The notes under the pieces: generated by a model | The model's database searches: none | Told to the model about the DNA's origin: nothing | What the model saw: only the letters and a program-made list of their open reading frames with translations | Position numbers and translations under genes: made by a program | Shown: positions 1-17,600 of the stretch, one piece after another | How positions within the stretch are numbered: position 1 is the stretch's first letter | Layout: every line of letters starts with the position of its first letter | Source: Klebsormidium nitens | Taxonomy: Eukaryota > Plantae > Klebsormidiophyceae | Reading direction: 5' to 3' | Length of the DNA stretch: 32,770 bases | Assembly (NCBI GenBank): GCA_000708835.1 | Contig: DF237736.1 | Location: 1 to 32,770 of the forward strand

Positions 1-421
1 CGACTAAATATGGAGCCTCTTCGTGAGTCCTAACTAATCAGTCTTTGGGAAGAAGGCAAGAAGACGCAATTTTTCTGAGAGGCGCTCTTGCACGAGGTGA
101 TCCCAAGGCGTGCTGAGAAGCTTCGCATGGTTTCCGCACATGTGAAGTAGACAGGCAGCGTGTGACCCTGTCCAACCGTCACACTTATCTTTGCACTAGA
201 ACAAGAGACCAGACCGAGTTGCGCCAGCAACTCTTTGTATGTCGTCTGAATACAGCTAATTAGGAGCAGCGCTTTCATGGCGTCCACCCTGTTAGTTGTC
301 TCCATCAGCGCCATAACATAGAGTTCCGGAGAGACGGTGGCCTCTTCGTCATGGTATCAGACAAAATTACATGTCTGTCTCTTAGTGACATACAGTCGTT
401 GCGTTCTTTAGAGAATCCGTT

Positions 422-1480
422 TTGCTTGCATTGCTACGGTCGTACGAGGCTGCATGGCAGCGACGCCTAGCGGCACGACAAGGTTCTAAACAACAGAATC
501 AACGTTTTCTGTCTATCTACGCTCAGGCTGTTCAGTACTCTGCCTGCGTTCTGACATTTGGATCCACCACCCTCAACCTTGAGTGGACGAGAGGTGGTCG
601 ACTACAGCGTTTGCCACTAAGTTCCGTAAGCCGCGAAACAATCACAGATCTGATTGCTGCCCAACCAGAACTTCGCCATCTGGATTATGCTCTTAAGTTG
701 CACTTTGGTGAGCCAACATCGGGCCGGAACGGCAGTAATCGACCTTTCAACGTGAAAGGTGATCGGGTAAGCAACTTAGCTCCCTTTCAAATGACTATTC
801 CGAAACGAGAGTTCAGGATGCTTCCAACTGCCGCATATTCAAATTTGGACAGTTGGTGACAGCTCGAACGTGTCTGCAGTGCTCAGCATGTAATTTAGTC
901 TTCTCTGTGTTCAAAGTCTGGTTGCAAGTTGCTGTTCGTCGAACTCACTTGTAAGAGCCCACTTTATACAGGCGGTCAATACCTGTTCCCGAAATTGCTT
1001 CATGACTTAGACTTTCGTCTGTTTCGATCAAGGTACAAGTTCACTCCGGCTTGGCCATTCCCGCGGGAGATGGTGACCGATTTGGAGATTTTGATCTGTA
1101 CGTACGTGCCAGTCATAAGTATATCGGTAGACCTTGGTTTAGCGACGTTGCAATTCAAGCTGAGTAGCATGATCCTAGTCTTCCTGCGAACGAGCAAGCC
1201 CCCCCCGGAGGATTGGTATGGCCAGCTCCGTTTGCTTCTTTCTTGCACGGATCTCTCGGGTGAGCTCCACGAGTTGGCTTTCGTCCGGTATTACAAAGAA
1301 GTCGAGGGCGAAGATGGGACGAAATGCAAGATGTTAGATTGGGATGCGGACTCCGCGGGGAATCCTGTCTACAGGTTAGTCCCAATTGAGAACATTCTGC
1401 GCGCCGTACATATTGTTCCAAATTACAACGAGGAGATTGAAAGTTCATGTTCGTTCTACATAAATAGATATAAGTGGTAG
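422..1480 (+). pseudogene. C-terminal part of a Plavaka/CACTA(CMC)-like DNA transposase, probably intron-split and degraded upstream
   Basis: ORF 929..1480 ends WYGQLRLLLSC...ELAFVRYYKEV...YRLVPIENILRAVHIVPNY...FYINRYKW*, the pattern I recognise as the BAH-like C-terminus of Plavaka/CACTA transposases. ORF 422..859 is open and protein-like in the same orientation. Sequence upstream of 422 has stops in the frames I translated. Confidence 0.55.
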
Positions 1481-2315
1481 ACAGGAAGCAAGCCACATAG
1501 GAACATTGTAAATTATGTAAAGGTTCAAGTGAAAAATACGCCTTTGTGACCCACCGGAAAATCAATCTCTGCATCAGATTCCTTTCAAATGCGAGTTCAT
1601 AGCAGATGATAGAGTGCACACCTCCATTTGTGAATTTGATGTGCGCGGATGCTCGTGGATATAATGGCACACTCATAGGAGCTTAATTGCACTGATTTGT
1701 CGGAATCAGATCCAGACTGGACCTATGACGAGACCGTTTGCGGTCGTTAAGCGCCTATCTTCACATGTTCCGCGTCTTTAACATGCATCTAGTACGTTGC
1801 CATATATTTGGCGCATAGAAGCGACTAACAAGTGACGCATGATTACAACTAATTGTACTCATACGTATGTCAATTTGAACCAGCATATCATATACGTATA
1901 CCCAGTTACAAACTCGCAGATATATATCTATCTGTCAGTGGTGTTTCCAATACGTGTGGCCGCGCGGACTCGAGCTAGGCGCATAGTATGTGATTGATAC
2001 TTGTATGCTTTGATTTCAAGTGTATCTGCCATGGTGACGTAGAAGATACATATATGTCGGACATGCAGTGCAACTTTGTCACAAGTAGTCAGGCTGATGC
2101 AGCCGATTCAAAAAGGCTGGCGTGCTGCATACACATGAGCTTGGGGCCAAGGTGCCAGTCTCAGAGAACTGGGCGCATGCGGCCTAACTTACCGTCAGCT
2201 GATGCACTGCACAACTCATCTTGATGCATATGAACCGTGAGTCTTAAGTGCCATATAGTGCAAAGCCTTCCGACACAATGATAGCATATACTAACTACGA
2301 TAAGCCAATAAGCGA

Positions 2316-2800
2316 ATGTGCATCATCCCGCGCACGCCCGGCGGGGCACCGGCCGGGCGCGACCGCAGCCTGACGGCCTGGTTGCAATCATTGAATGGCC
2401 TGCCGGCTGCTTTATGCCAAGGCTCTAGTACTCGGCCGTACGTGCATTGTCAATGGCCACGGCGCGCGCGGGGCAATGCTTGCATGCGCGCGCGCGACCA
2501 CGATCATGTCAGGGCGGAATTGCGCGCCGGCGCGCTGGACGCGGCGCGGCCGCTGTCGACCGACGGGCGGCCGCGCGGCCCCGGCCCGCGGGCGACCGGG
2601 GGCTCGGCCACCGCGACTTATATAGTGCGCGCGTACTAATGATACGTACGGTCGCGGCGCGGGCCGCGGCCGGCAGCTATATGGTACGGTACAGCTAACG
2701 CCAGCCGCGCGCGGCGCGTCGCCGCCGGGCGCGCGTGCGCGTCCGACGTCGGACTCAGAGGTTTCAGTGTCGCGCCGCGCGGCCGCGGATTTGGCAGAAA
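2316..2800. repeat. Extremely GC-rich block of short palindromes and inverted repeats
   Basis: Perfect 14-bp palindrome GTCCGACGTCGGAC (2741-2754). Imperfect IR cgcgcacgcccggcgg (~2329-2344) vs ccgccgggcgcgcgtgcgcg (~2722-2741). Many GCGGCCGC/CCGCGG/CGCGCG words. The overlapping ORFs on both strands are low-complexity Arg/Ala/Gly/Pro translations. Confidence 0.7.
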
Positions 2801-3682
2801 CGTTTCCGGGGCGTGTCCGGTACCGTTACTATGTCGGATATGTTGCCGAAACGCACCGGGACAGTCAGTGGCGGTACACAGCGGATATGTTTCACTACTT
2901 TTGTCGCCGAAACATCGCCAAAAGGCCCCGGAGTTGTTATTTTTTAACGTATCCGCTGCGCTAATAGCACGGGTACATTCCGGAGACACACTCGTGTTGG
3001 TCACACATCTTTCCGATGGTCGTCGCCGTACGATGATCTAAAATGTAGAGCAGGCATTGATCGAACGGATAAGGGCTGCTCGACCTGCCAGAGTCTCGTT
3101 CCGATCCGCATCAAACTGTTCCGGCCTCTACTTTGACTGCTTCCAGAAGAACGAGCTGCCGACCTCCGGAAGCTTAGCAAGCTGTACAGGGCCACTTCTC
3201 TTCACTTTTAGGGTGCATGAAGACCAATGAGGGGCTTTCGGAAAGGCATTGAGCTGTAGATATGCTTCATACACACTTGGTTTCTCATTAGCATTGATTA
3301 CTACGACTTTCATGAGTTGTATGTAGGTATTGAGCTTACATTGAGAGCACATGAGCTCCTCGAAATGCATGAGGAAAGTTCTCTTCGGAGACTTTGAAGC
3401 CCTGGGTCATGACAAAGAAATGCTCAAATCAGTCCGTAAAACTTTTAGCGAGTCACCTATTCGTGTTTAATGTTGGCAGAAAGTGGAAAATAGTTGGGGC
3501 ATGCACTGCCTGCATACCCATTGCAGCGCATCATGTCGGACCCCATGCGCTCTGTTCAAGCTCCGATCCTGTCCACCATTTTGCAAAGCCGGTGGTGCTG
3601 CACTGTACGATTCGGCTTATTTCATCGACGGTGGAGGAATCATATAAGCCCAATCGTAGATTCTGCAGAGAACCGCCTGAAT

Positions 3683-3950
3683 ATTCTGTATTTCAAGGTT
3701 TCAAAAAGGCGGTATTCCGTATTCCGGGGTGCTCAAGCATTCTGTATTCCGTTACGCAAATGTGACTTTTGACATTTTGCAAGGTACATAAGGAGTGCGC
3801 TTGTCCTGTAAGTTATTTTACAATCTTCTTTCGTTCGAAGCATGCTTCTGGATGTCTTTTTACTTCGAAGTCAAGTATTTTGGCGTTGTTTGCCACATGT
3901 TGTGTAGTATGCTAGGAAAAGCCCTGTATTCTGTATTCTAGTATTCCAAG
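3683..3950. repeat. Dispersed GTATTC(C/T)GTATTC short repeats, possible transposon subterminal motifs
   Basis: tattctgtattt (~3683), gtattccgtattcc (~3713), cattctgtattcc (~3739), gtattctgtattctagtattcc (~3927). Confidence 0.4.
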
Positions 3951-4029
3951 GCCTATTATACCCTTATACCCGCGATGGGGGTCTAAAGCGAGTTTAAAGC
4001 GTCACGACTCGATCATCCGGCCCTAGCTG

Positions 4030-4330
4030 ACGGTACGTGCAATTAAGTGCCGCTCAGCCATGGCACCGACCGTCACCGTTCGGACTGCAGTGTCACCGCC
4101 ATATGCGGGCGCCATGCAGTCGGGTCACAGGCTGGCCGCCGCGGCACAGGCTGCCAACATGCCAAGCGGCGGCCGCCCGGCCCGCGGCCGGCCGCGCGCG
4201 CTACGCCCCCGCTACGCCCCGGGCCGCGGGCCGCGGCACGCCGACGGTCCGACGGTAATGGCCGCCGCACACAATCTCGCGCGGCCGCCAGCAAGGGCTA
4301 CTGTTGTACTGTTGTACTGTTCTACTGTAC
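4030..4330. repeat. Second GC-rich palindromic block ending in a TACTGT-based microrepeat
   Basis: ggcggccgcccggcccgcggccggccgcgcgcg, gctacgcccc x2 and ccgacggt x2, followed by ctactgttgtactgttgtactgttctactgtac (~4298-4330). ORFs in all frames are low complexity. Confidence 0.6.
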
Positions 4331-4782
4331 CTAGGTTGCTCAGCTTAAGTTTGTAGGTGGTCTTGGCTATCCAACTGCAAACCTGCTGCGCTTAGGCGAG
4401 TGAGATGTTCCATCGCGGAATATCGGATATCATCATGATGGCATCGCGATGACGGGCTCGCACACTGAGATTCAATGGGGTCAGTCGTGGGTCTGTCAGA
4501 CAGACTCACAGACTTACGATAGATTGAGAGAGAGTCGCCGGGTAGTCTGCGGGACTTCTGCTCCGTACATGACCCACTGACCCAGTGTTTTACAGAGGCC
4601 TTAGGTACCGTTGCCTACATGCCTACTACGATTTCGTACACGGTCACACGACCTTGCTGGAGTGACAGGCCGTTGGGAGGGCGTTGGGGCGTATAGCGCG
4701 TTCGCGCGTGACTCCCACTCCTCCCATTCGCATAGACGGGGCATAGACTATACATTCATTGTGTCGTTTGAATAGCTGAGTA

Positions 4783-5068
4783 ATAGAGTAGAAGACGAGG
4801 ACCATTTCGTTTTCGAGTGCCCAGCTTATAGGTTCCTACGTACAGATCGTTACAATATGGATTACTTGGATTTGCTTGTTGGCCAGTCGTCGGACCAGTC
4901 CGCATTTTGTCTGCGTCATTTTATTCATGTTATAGGTCAAAATTCGGTGAAGAGAATCAGCACATGGCCTTGCTAGCTTTGTTAGAGAGGCGTTTAGGAC
5001 TCGAAATTACATTCTGACCTTGTCTCAGAAGCCATCCATGGCTCCTACGGGATTTTAAAATAGACTGA

Positions 5069-5102
<34 letters not shown>

Positions 5103-5129
5103 GTGAGTGACAGTGATTGATTGATTGAT
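4783..5129 (+). mobile_element. 5'-truncated non-LTR retrotransposon (LINE, RTEX/L2-like) 3' end
   Basis: Translates NRVEDEDHFVFECPAYRFLR..., the zinc-finger-like motif at the C-terminus of LINE ORF2. After a frameshift it reads FVREAFRTRNYIL...GF*, followed directly by a (GATT)n tail. Confidence 0.7.
5069..5129 (+). repeat. (GATT)n microsatellite, tail of the LINE fragment
   Basis: gatt x8, then gagtgagtgacagt, then gattgattgattgat. Confidence 0.9.
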
Positions 5130-6113
5130 GGCCCGGCGCCCGCTAATTCCGTCTGTCTCCGTACGTTACCATGTCGAAGCGCCTGGCCAATCCGGTGCAG
5201 CCAACCGGATCGTCGAGCTAGCTCGCAAATCGGTAGACGTTTTCACGATACAGCTCTGGACAGTTCCAAACCATGTTTTATTCTCGAGAAGCTGCCCCAA
5301 CTTGCGTAACATCATTCAACGTCATTTAATACAATTTCACGTGCAGAAAGTCTAAACTTACGGCGCACGGCGGTCCGACTGCATGCCCCGGCGCCTATCC
5401 AAGTGCAACTACCCATACTATAGTACCGTCAAATTAAATCATAGTTGCATGGCCTTGGCATGTGCTTATTGAGTCCATGTCATGGTCTGAGTGGCTTGCA
5501 CAATAGCATGTTCCAGCAGTGGCTCAGTCGGCCTTGGCGGCATCATTGTTGCATACACATAATATCATTGCGACTTCAATCATCGAATCAATTGGAATAG
5601 GAAGTCAAGTCTTTTTGGTGAGTGTAGCCGGACTAGTTCATATTGCTGACAATGGCAGATTGAGTCCAATGAACGGCTACATTCTATCACAAGTATGCGT
5701 ACTTGTCACTTTCTGGTTTGTTTTTGAACACCTATGAGTGCTTCGTGCTGAGCGGTTCCAGCTTTAACGCTTGAATACTTTAGGAACCTGCTTGACCCTA
5801 CCGTAGCGCCAAGCTTAGGCAACACTGCAAAGCTTGGATGACGAAAAACAACATTGCTCCAGTGTGCTGTACAGCGGACCTAGTCTACTGATTCCATCCA
5901 ATTTAGGTACGTGAGAACGATTGACTCGATAGAACTGTACTGTACGCAGACCATGTACACCTAATTCAATACCTACCACACTAGATCAACAGTCTGGCCT
6001 CATGACAAATCCAGACCATCACCAAGAATGATTGCACTCCAATGCAGTGCCGGTTTCAAGTGAGCAATATGACATGAAAGACGTGGTCAATGAGGCTCCC
6101 AGGCACAAGCAAT

Positions 6114-12637
<6,524 letters not shown>

Positions 12638-12987
12638 TTTGCAGCTGCAGCGGGTCAAGGGTCTGGTTCTTGAACCCGGGGTACCCCTCCAATGAGCAGA
12701 TCTACCAAGAGCGATGGATGTTTGCGGTGTTTCAACAAGTGACCAGACGCTTACGATGACAGCTCCCTGTGTTCGTTCGGGGACAATGGCTGGACCCAAG
12801 AACCTTGGAATGAGCAGATCTACAAGCTGGTGAAAACAAGCCTACTTTGCTTTCAAATGTGTTAGCTCTGGGCAACACTTGGGAAACGCGAAACCACCTC
12901 GGTCACAGCTGAAAAAGAAGCGCCTCTGGTGCTGCCTTGCAACTGAGTAAGAAAAGTGGCTTATTTCCATGCGATGATCGACGCCGG

Positions 12988-13508
12988 ACAAATTAATTAA
13001 AACCATATATCGCAGATGTCGATGCTCCCGACAAAATTGTCAAGACCGTGCGAAATGGCACATTTGACAAGAGGGTTGGACCGCCGTTGCATCGCGCACC
13101 GTACGATCGGCAACGCACGGTCCGATATCGACCGTGCGCAACGCGACCGTGTCGACCCACAAAGTTGCTCGCCGCGACTGTCTCAATTGCAGTACATAAG
13201 GGCGGCGCCCCTTATTGGAGGGGGTGGGGTGGTGGTTCGACGTCTTGCCCCGGGTTCAACCAGCACTGCAAGTCCACTAGCATTAGGGTCTCGCGTACCG
13301 CCCGGGGAGCAACCGGGCCCTCCCTGTGACATTAGGGTCTCGCGGGCAACCGAGTGACAACCGGGCACTTCCTAGCGACATTAGGGTGTGTGGCGGTCAC
13401 TCTATCCTAGGTTTTTATAGTGCCCGGTACTTCCCTGTGACAACCGCCCGGGGATTCTAATTTTGTAGACCACCCGACATCTGCGATATACGGTTTTTAT
13501 TAATTTGT
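12988..13508. mobile_element. MITE-like non-autonomous DNA transposon with 34-bp terminal inverted repeats
   Basis: Left end 12988-13021 acaaattaattaaaaccatatatcgcagatgtcg matches the reverse complement of 13475-13508 at 32/34 positions. Internal repeats: attagggt x3, caaccgggc x2, ccctgtgaca x2, and a 9-bp hairpin (13114-13138). No TSD found. Confidence 0.75.
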
Positions 13509-13884
13509 AGACCACCCTCGCTATCGCACGGATTACAAGCACTTTTATGCCTGTTGCAACTAAGGTCAAACCATCAGGTTCAAAGACAACAGTTGAGCTT
13601 TTGAGGCGCTGTTGGGAAGACGCCAAGAGAAGCCATGAATAAGTAAATGATTGGAACGTGCGTACGGATCACACTACCTACTCATAAATTATACACGTCG
13701 AAGAGTGTGTGCTCAGCCTTCTGTCCTGAGGTGAATGAGCACATAGCTGCGCCTTTTCCCCCATGCTGATGTGCAGCAACCACGTATGGACCGAATGCTT
13801 CTGAGACATCACATCGACGGCTCAACACGTCTCCTCAAAAGCCGCATTCAGGCATAGGGGCCAGAGACATATAAAATGCTTCAT

Positions 13885-13989
13885 GCAAACCCCAACTAAC
13901 CAACTGATTGTTGGCATAAAAGCCGCCAATCTCCGCGCGCCACGTGTCCCCCCGGCCGAGAAAGCAGGCCTCCTGCCCGAACCGGCCAA
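13885..13989. repeat. 105-bp direct repeat, copy 1 (identical to 20322-20426); contains CCAAT and the G-box GCCACGTGTC
   Basis: Base-by-base comparison with 20322-20426 shows no differences. G-box at 13939-13948. Confidence 0.95.
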
Positions 13990-14044
13990 TTGCATAAAAA
14001 ATATTGTACAGGTCGGGGCGTTTTTTGTGCGAAAACGGGGGGTC

Positions 14045-14116
14045 GGGGTCGCCGGAGGCGGCCCCGTGGGGATCCACGGGGCGAAGCCCCGGGGCGAGGG
14101 GGGCCGAAGGCCCCCC
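14045..14116. repeat. Cluster of four GC-rich mini-hairpins, three of them interlocking
   Basis: ggggtcgcc-GGA-ggcggcccc (14045-14065), ccccgtgg-GGAT-ccacgggg (14062-14081), ggggc-GAA-gcccc (14078-14090), ggggggcc-GAA-ggcccccc (14098-14116). Confidence 0.9.
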
Positions 14117-14647
14117 TCAACGAGCCTCCACAACAGAACTGCCAATAGGGTTTTTTCCTTCAACCCTAATTTATACAAGCAGAATGGTGCTTGCTCTAGC
14201 TAGGGCTCGGAGCCATACTGTCCGCCATACTATCAACAAGCTGGCATGACACTACACCATGCACTTGAATCCGTTTAATGTACATCTCGCTTAAGGCGTG
14301 CAATGCAATCTCGCCTTTACATTCGAAGTTCATAGTGAGAAACAATAGTTGTTAGTCTCTTTGTCATGCTTAATCCTTTAATCGGTTGTAGCGGTGTAAT
14401 TCATGGCCCTGATTAGAGCTCGATTTGAGCAGAAGAGACGAATTAACCTTGAAGCGGATTTTGTGGATTGCAACAACACTCTGCACCATCAAGTCTAGTC
14501 ATTTAATACGTGCATTCACCTGTTCTACAATCACGCTAGATGCCGTCTATCAAGACTCAACTTAAATAAATCAAAAACAACATGCTGCTTACCTTAATTG
14601 TGCCCTAAGTCTAAGAACGAGAGGTTCAATTCAAAATCTATAGCTAA

Positions 14648-17600
14648 CTAGTCTGTCTTTGTTGCACTGGCCGTAGCCGGCACCGACTCTCTTGGACACC
14701 TACAATCTCTAACGAGGAGCCCGCACCCTCTCCTACAACGCTTTTTTACACCTACACCACCCCTTCGATTCTTAGATGGTCGCAGTGGGGGAAGTGAGTG
14801 GCGCGACAAATGGCTCCCAAGCTGCTCGGGATTGTGCTGTTGATTGGGCTGTGTGAACGGACTCTGATATGTTGGGTGCGGCATGTGTGTGAATGGCCCA
14901 AGGCCATGACCCGCGATGTGGGGCGACTGGACGTGAAAGAGATGGTTTGGATTGATGGTCGGCAAAGGTGAGTAGTTGGAAGTAGGCTGCATAGAAAACG
15001 AGTGGTAAGCGTGGAGCGAGTTGAGTGAGTCTTTTCGCATGATCCCAGTAACGAGTTCCTTCTCGTACTTCTTCAAGAGCACGATATTCTTCTGATGGAT
15101 CGCATTATCTGCCCCCGAGACATGCGAAATGGTAAGAGCGGCCCTCTGATTCCACTCCTGACACATGTTGGCCCAGTTGGTGGAAGACTTGCTGGAGTGT
15201 CTAGTATACAACTCAGAGAAAAGGCGGACTTCGGCTGGGGTCGATACAGGACGAAACAATTCTCGAAGCGCGGGTCGCCGCACTCCACGCTTCTTGATGA
15301 AAAGGAGCCGTCCGTGTCGTTTCACCTCTTGTCGAGGCTCCACCGGCGGGCCCATATCTCCAAGCGGCCCTTCAGGTTTGCCGACACCTGCACGGTCTCC
15401 AAGAAGCGAAGTTAGATGCCGACGTTTATATTGGCAAAGCGGACCTTGGGTTCGCTACAAAGTTTGTATCTCAACTCGGACGGTCGATACTCAAAAGTAG
15501 ACTCTCCAGGCTTGCACAATACGGCAATCTCAAACCAAACAAATGATATCAGCTTGCCACGCACTTCCTCTAGGAGAGAACAAAACGTATTTGAACGGGC
15601 TGACGTCATTACTAACATGGTCCAGTCCAGTCGTTTGAGATGCACGCCAAAACTTGTTGTTGACTGCTCGAGTGAACCTTGGACAACTTTGCACGACTTC
15701 ACCAGCCAAAGCAGCCAAATGCATGTACCTAGGGGTCAAGGCTAAGTCTTGCCTAGCTGCGAACCGTCCCGCTGCAACGGGTGACCTTGAGCTTGTGGAT
15801 CGATGCCCCCACAGAAGAGGGTTGGTCCTTGAGCTACGTACAAAAGAAGAACGTGTCAGGATCTCAAGGAGTGGCACCAGTGGAAGGCCTGCAAAATGGT
15901 ACGCACTTTAGGATCTGGTTTTTGCTGCGATGCAAGATTGTGACGTGCGATGCAGGATTGTGATGTGAGAAGATTCTTTCTCGCAATCAGCCCTTAGTCT
16001 CAAAAACGACGGCCTTCACATTAAAAACCCATGGATGAACGTATTGGACGGGCAGGATGTTCTGTTCCGAAAAACTTACGGAGAGGACGGCTTTCTCCGT
16101 GAAGGCCTCCGGAGGTGTTGTCTTTAGGCGTCCGCTTTCATTTCAACGCTGCACGAAAGTGAACCGGTCAATAGCTGAATCAGGTGTCGGCGCTGGTTGC
16201 GAGGGGAGGGCTGCCAAAGCGCGCGCTGGCTGCAGCGCTGGTTGCGGCGGGGGGGATGTTGGCACTGGTTGCGAGGGGAGGGCTGCCGTCTTGTGCGCTG
16301 GCTGCAGCGCTGGTTGCGGGGGGGAGGCTGCAGCGCACGCAGGTGCTTGCTGAACAGGAAGCGTGCCTGCAGCGATCATGGGCTCAAAGTCAGGTAGGAA
16401 GAATAAAGCAATAACCTCGAGCAGGATCAACATGGGAAATTCAAGTTGGAAGCAAACCACATGTGCGCATCTTGTACTAGAAGAAGTCGTTGTAAGTAGT
16501 GAACATGGGCAGCTGCAAACAGTACGCAAGGACTAAAATAGGACATGGAAATGCGAGCGTGCGCAGACATGTACAAGTTTGAGGACACCTGAGCAACTTG
16601 CGGCTTTCCTATTTTGCACGAACATGTGTGTGACCTGAGCAGCGCTCTTGATCAAGTTGTACTGTTAAGCAACATACGAAGTTTCAAGTGCTTACCAGCG
16701 GCATGCATGCTCTTGAGCCACTGCTCCTCCAGCATGGACTCCACAATGGCGGCTTCTTGATCCAAAACCTCGGGTTCCGGATCTCCCCCTTCTCGAGACA
16801 CCGCTGTCTGCATCTCCACGGAGGCCGCATGGACCCCAAACCGCTCTTGAGTGGGAGGGGCTGGCCGCCACTCGGGGCAAGGGTTAGGCCAACCCATGGC
16901 AGCGCAAGTTGCTTGCATCTCCTCTAGAAGCCAGTGGTCGAACATCCCCCAGTCTTTTGCACCCTTGCTGCTCACGGCGCACTCGTAGTTCTACCGGTAG
17001 TTAAATAGAGCGATGAGGGCCCCAGCCAGCTCGGGGGAATAGTTGCCTCCCCCCAACAACGCGTTTAGGTGGCGGTGGTACCCCTCAAGAGAAGAGCAAC
17101 CACGAATTCCGATGTACGGCGGCATCGCATCGGGGGCGCTGACCAGGATGTACATCGCGTCAACACGGAGCGGATCTGCATCAAGCAAACAACTTCACAT
17201 GCTCAACGACCAGGTCCAACTTAGAAGAGTGTGACTGTTTCCGAGATTTTTGTCCAACCCTTTGAGGACACGTTGTTGTCATAAACTCAGGACGTCACTG
17301 ATAAGCACGCTTCAAGTTGCTTCAAAGTGGACAAGAAGAAGCTAAGGGAGCAATTCATACCAGCTAGCTTCCTGCCGCCATCAATATAGAAGAACATCAA
17401 AACATTGCAGTTATACCCTGGACTGTAAGAAGCTCAGGAAGCACTTCATTTGTAGTTCCCACCCGGCACTTTTTAGGCACGATTTCGACAAAGCACTTGG
17501 TAAACAAAATGTCAACAAAGTAAGGCTTACTCACCGCTCAAACAACCCTCCTGCATGAGCTGTACTTGCCGCTCATGAGCAGCCCGGACCTCCTCCATGA

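Larger units (their letters stand above)
1..2996 (+). mobile_element. Putative right arm of a CMC-superfamily (Plavaka/CACTA-like) DNA transposon
   Basis: The transposase fragment is followed by a non-coding stretch and a very GC-rich palindromic block, then ...gagacacactcGTG (2996). The reverse complement of that end begins CAC, as CMC termini do. The left end lies outside the window, so no TIR or TSD can be confirmed. Confidence 0.3.

Noticed and set aside
2316-3004. Many overlapping ORFs on both strands (also 4037-4356 and 13822-14249)
   Set aside because: These are low-complexity Arg/Ala/Gly/Pro translations caused by stop-poor GC-rich palindromic DNA, with no motifs or splice support.
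3001-3772. hAT transposase remnant (FFWKQ...ER-like words)
   Set aside because: It is too fragmentary, and the conserved dimerisation motif could not be reconstructed.
15412-15702. Possible 3'-5' exonuclease domain inside the transposase
   Set aside because: There is only vague resemblance (PKVRFANINV); the catalytic DEDD motifs are not identifiable and exon phases do not fit.
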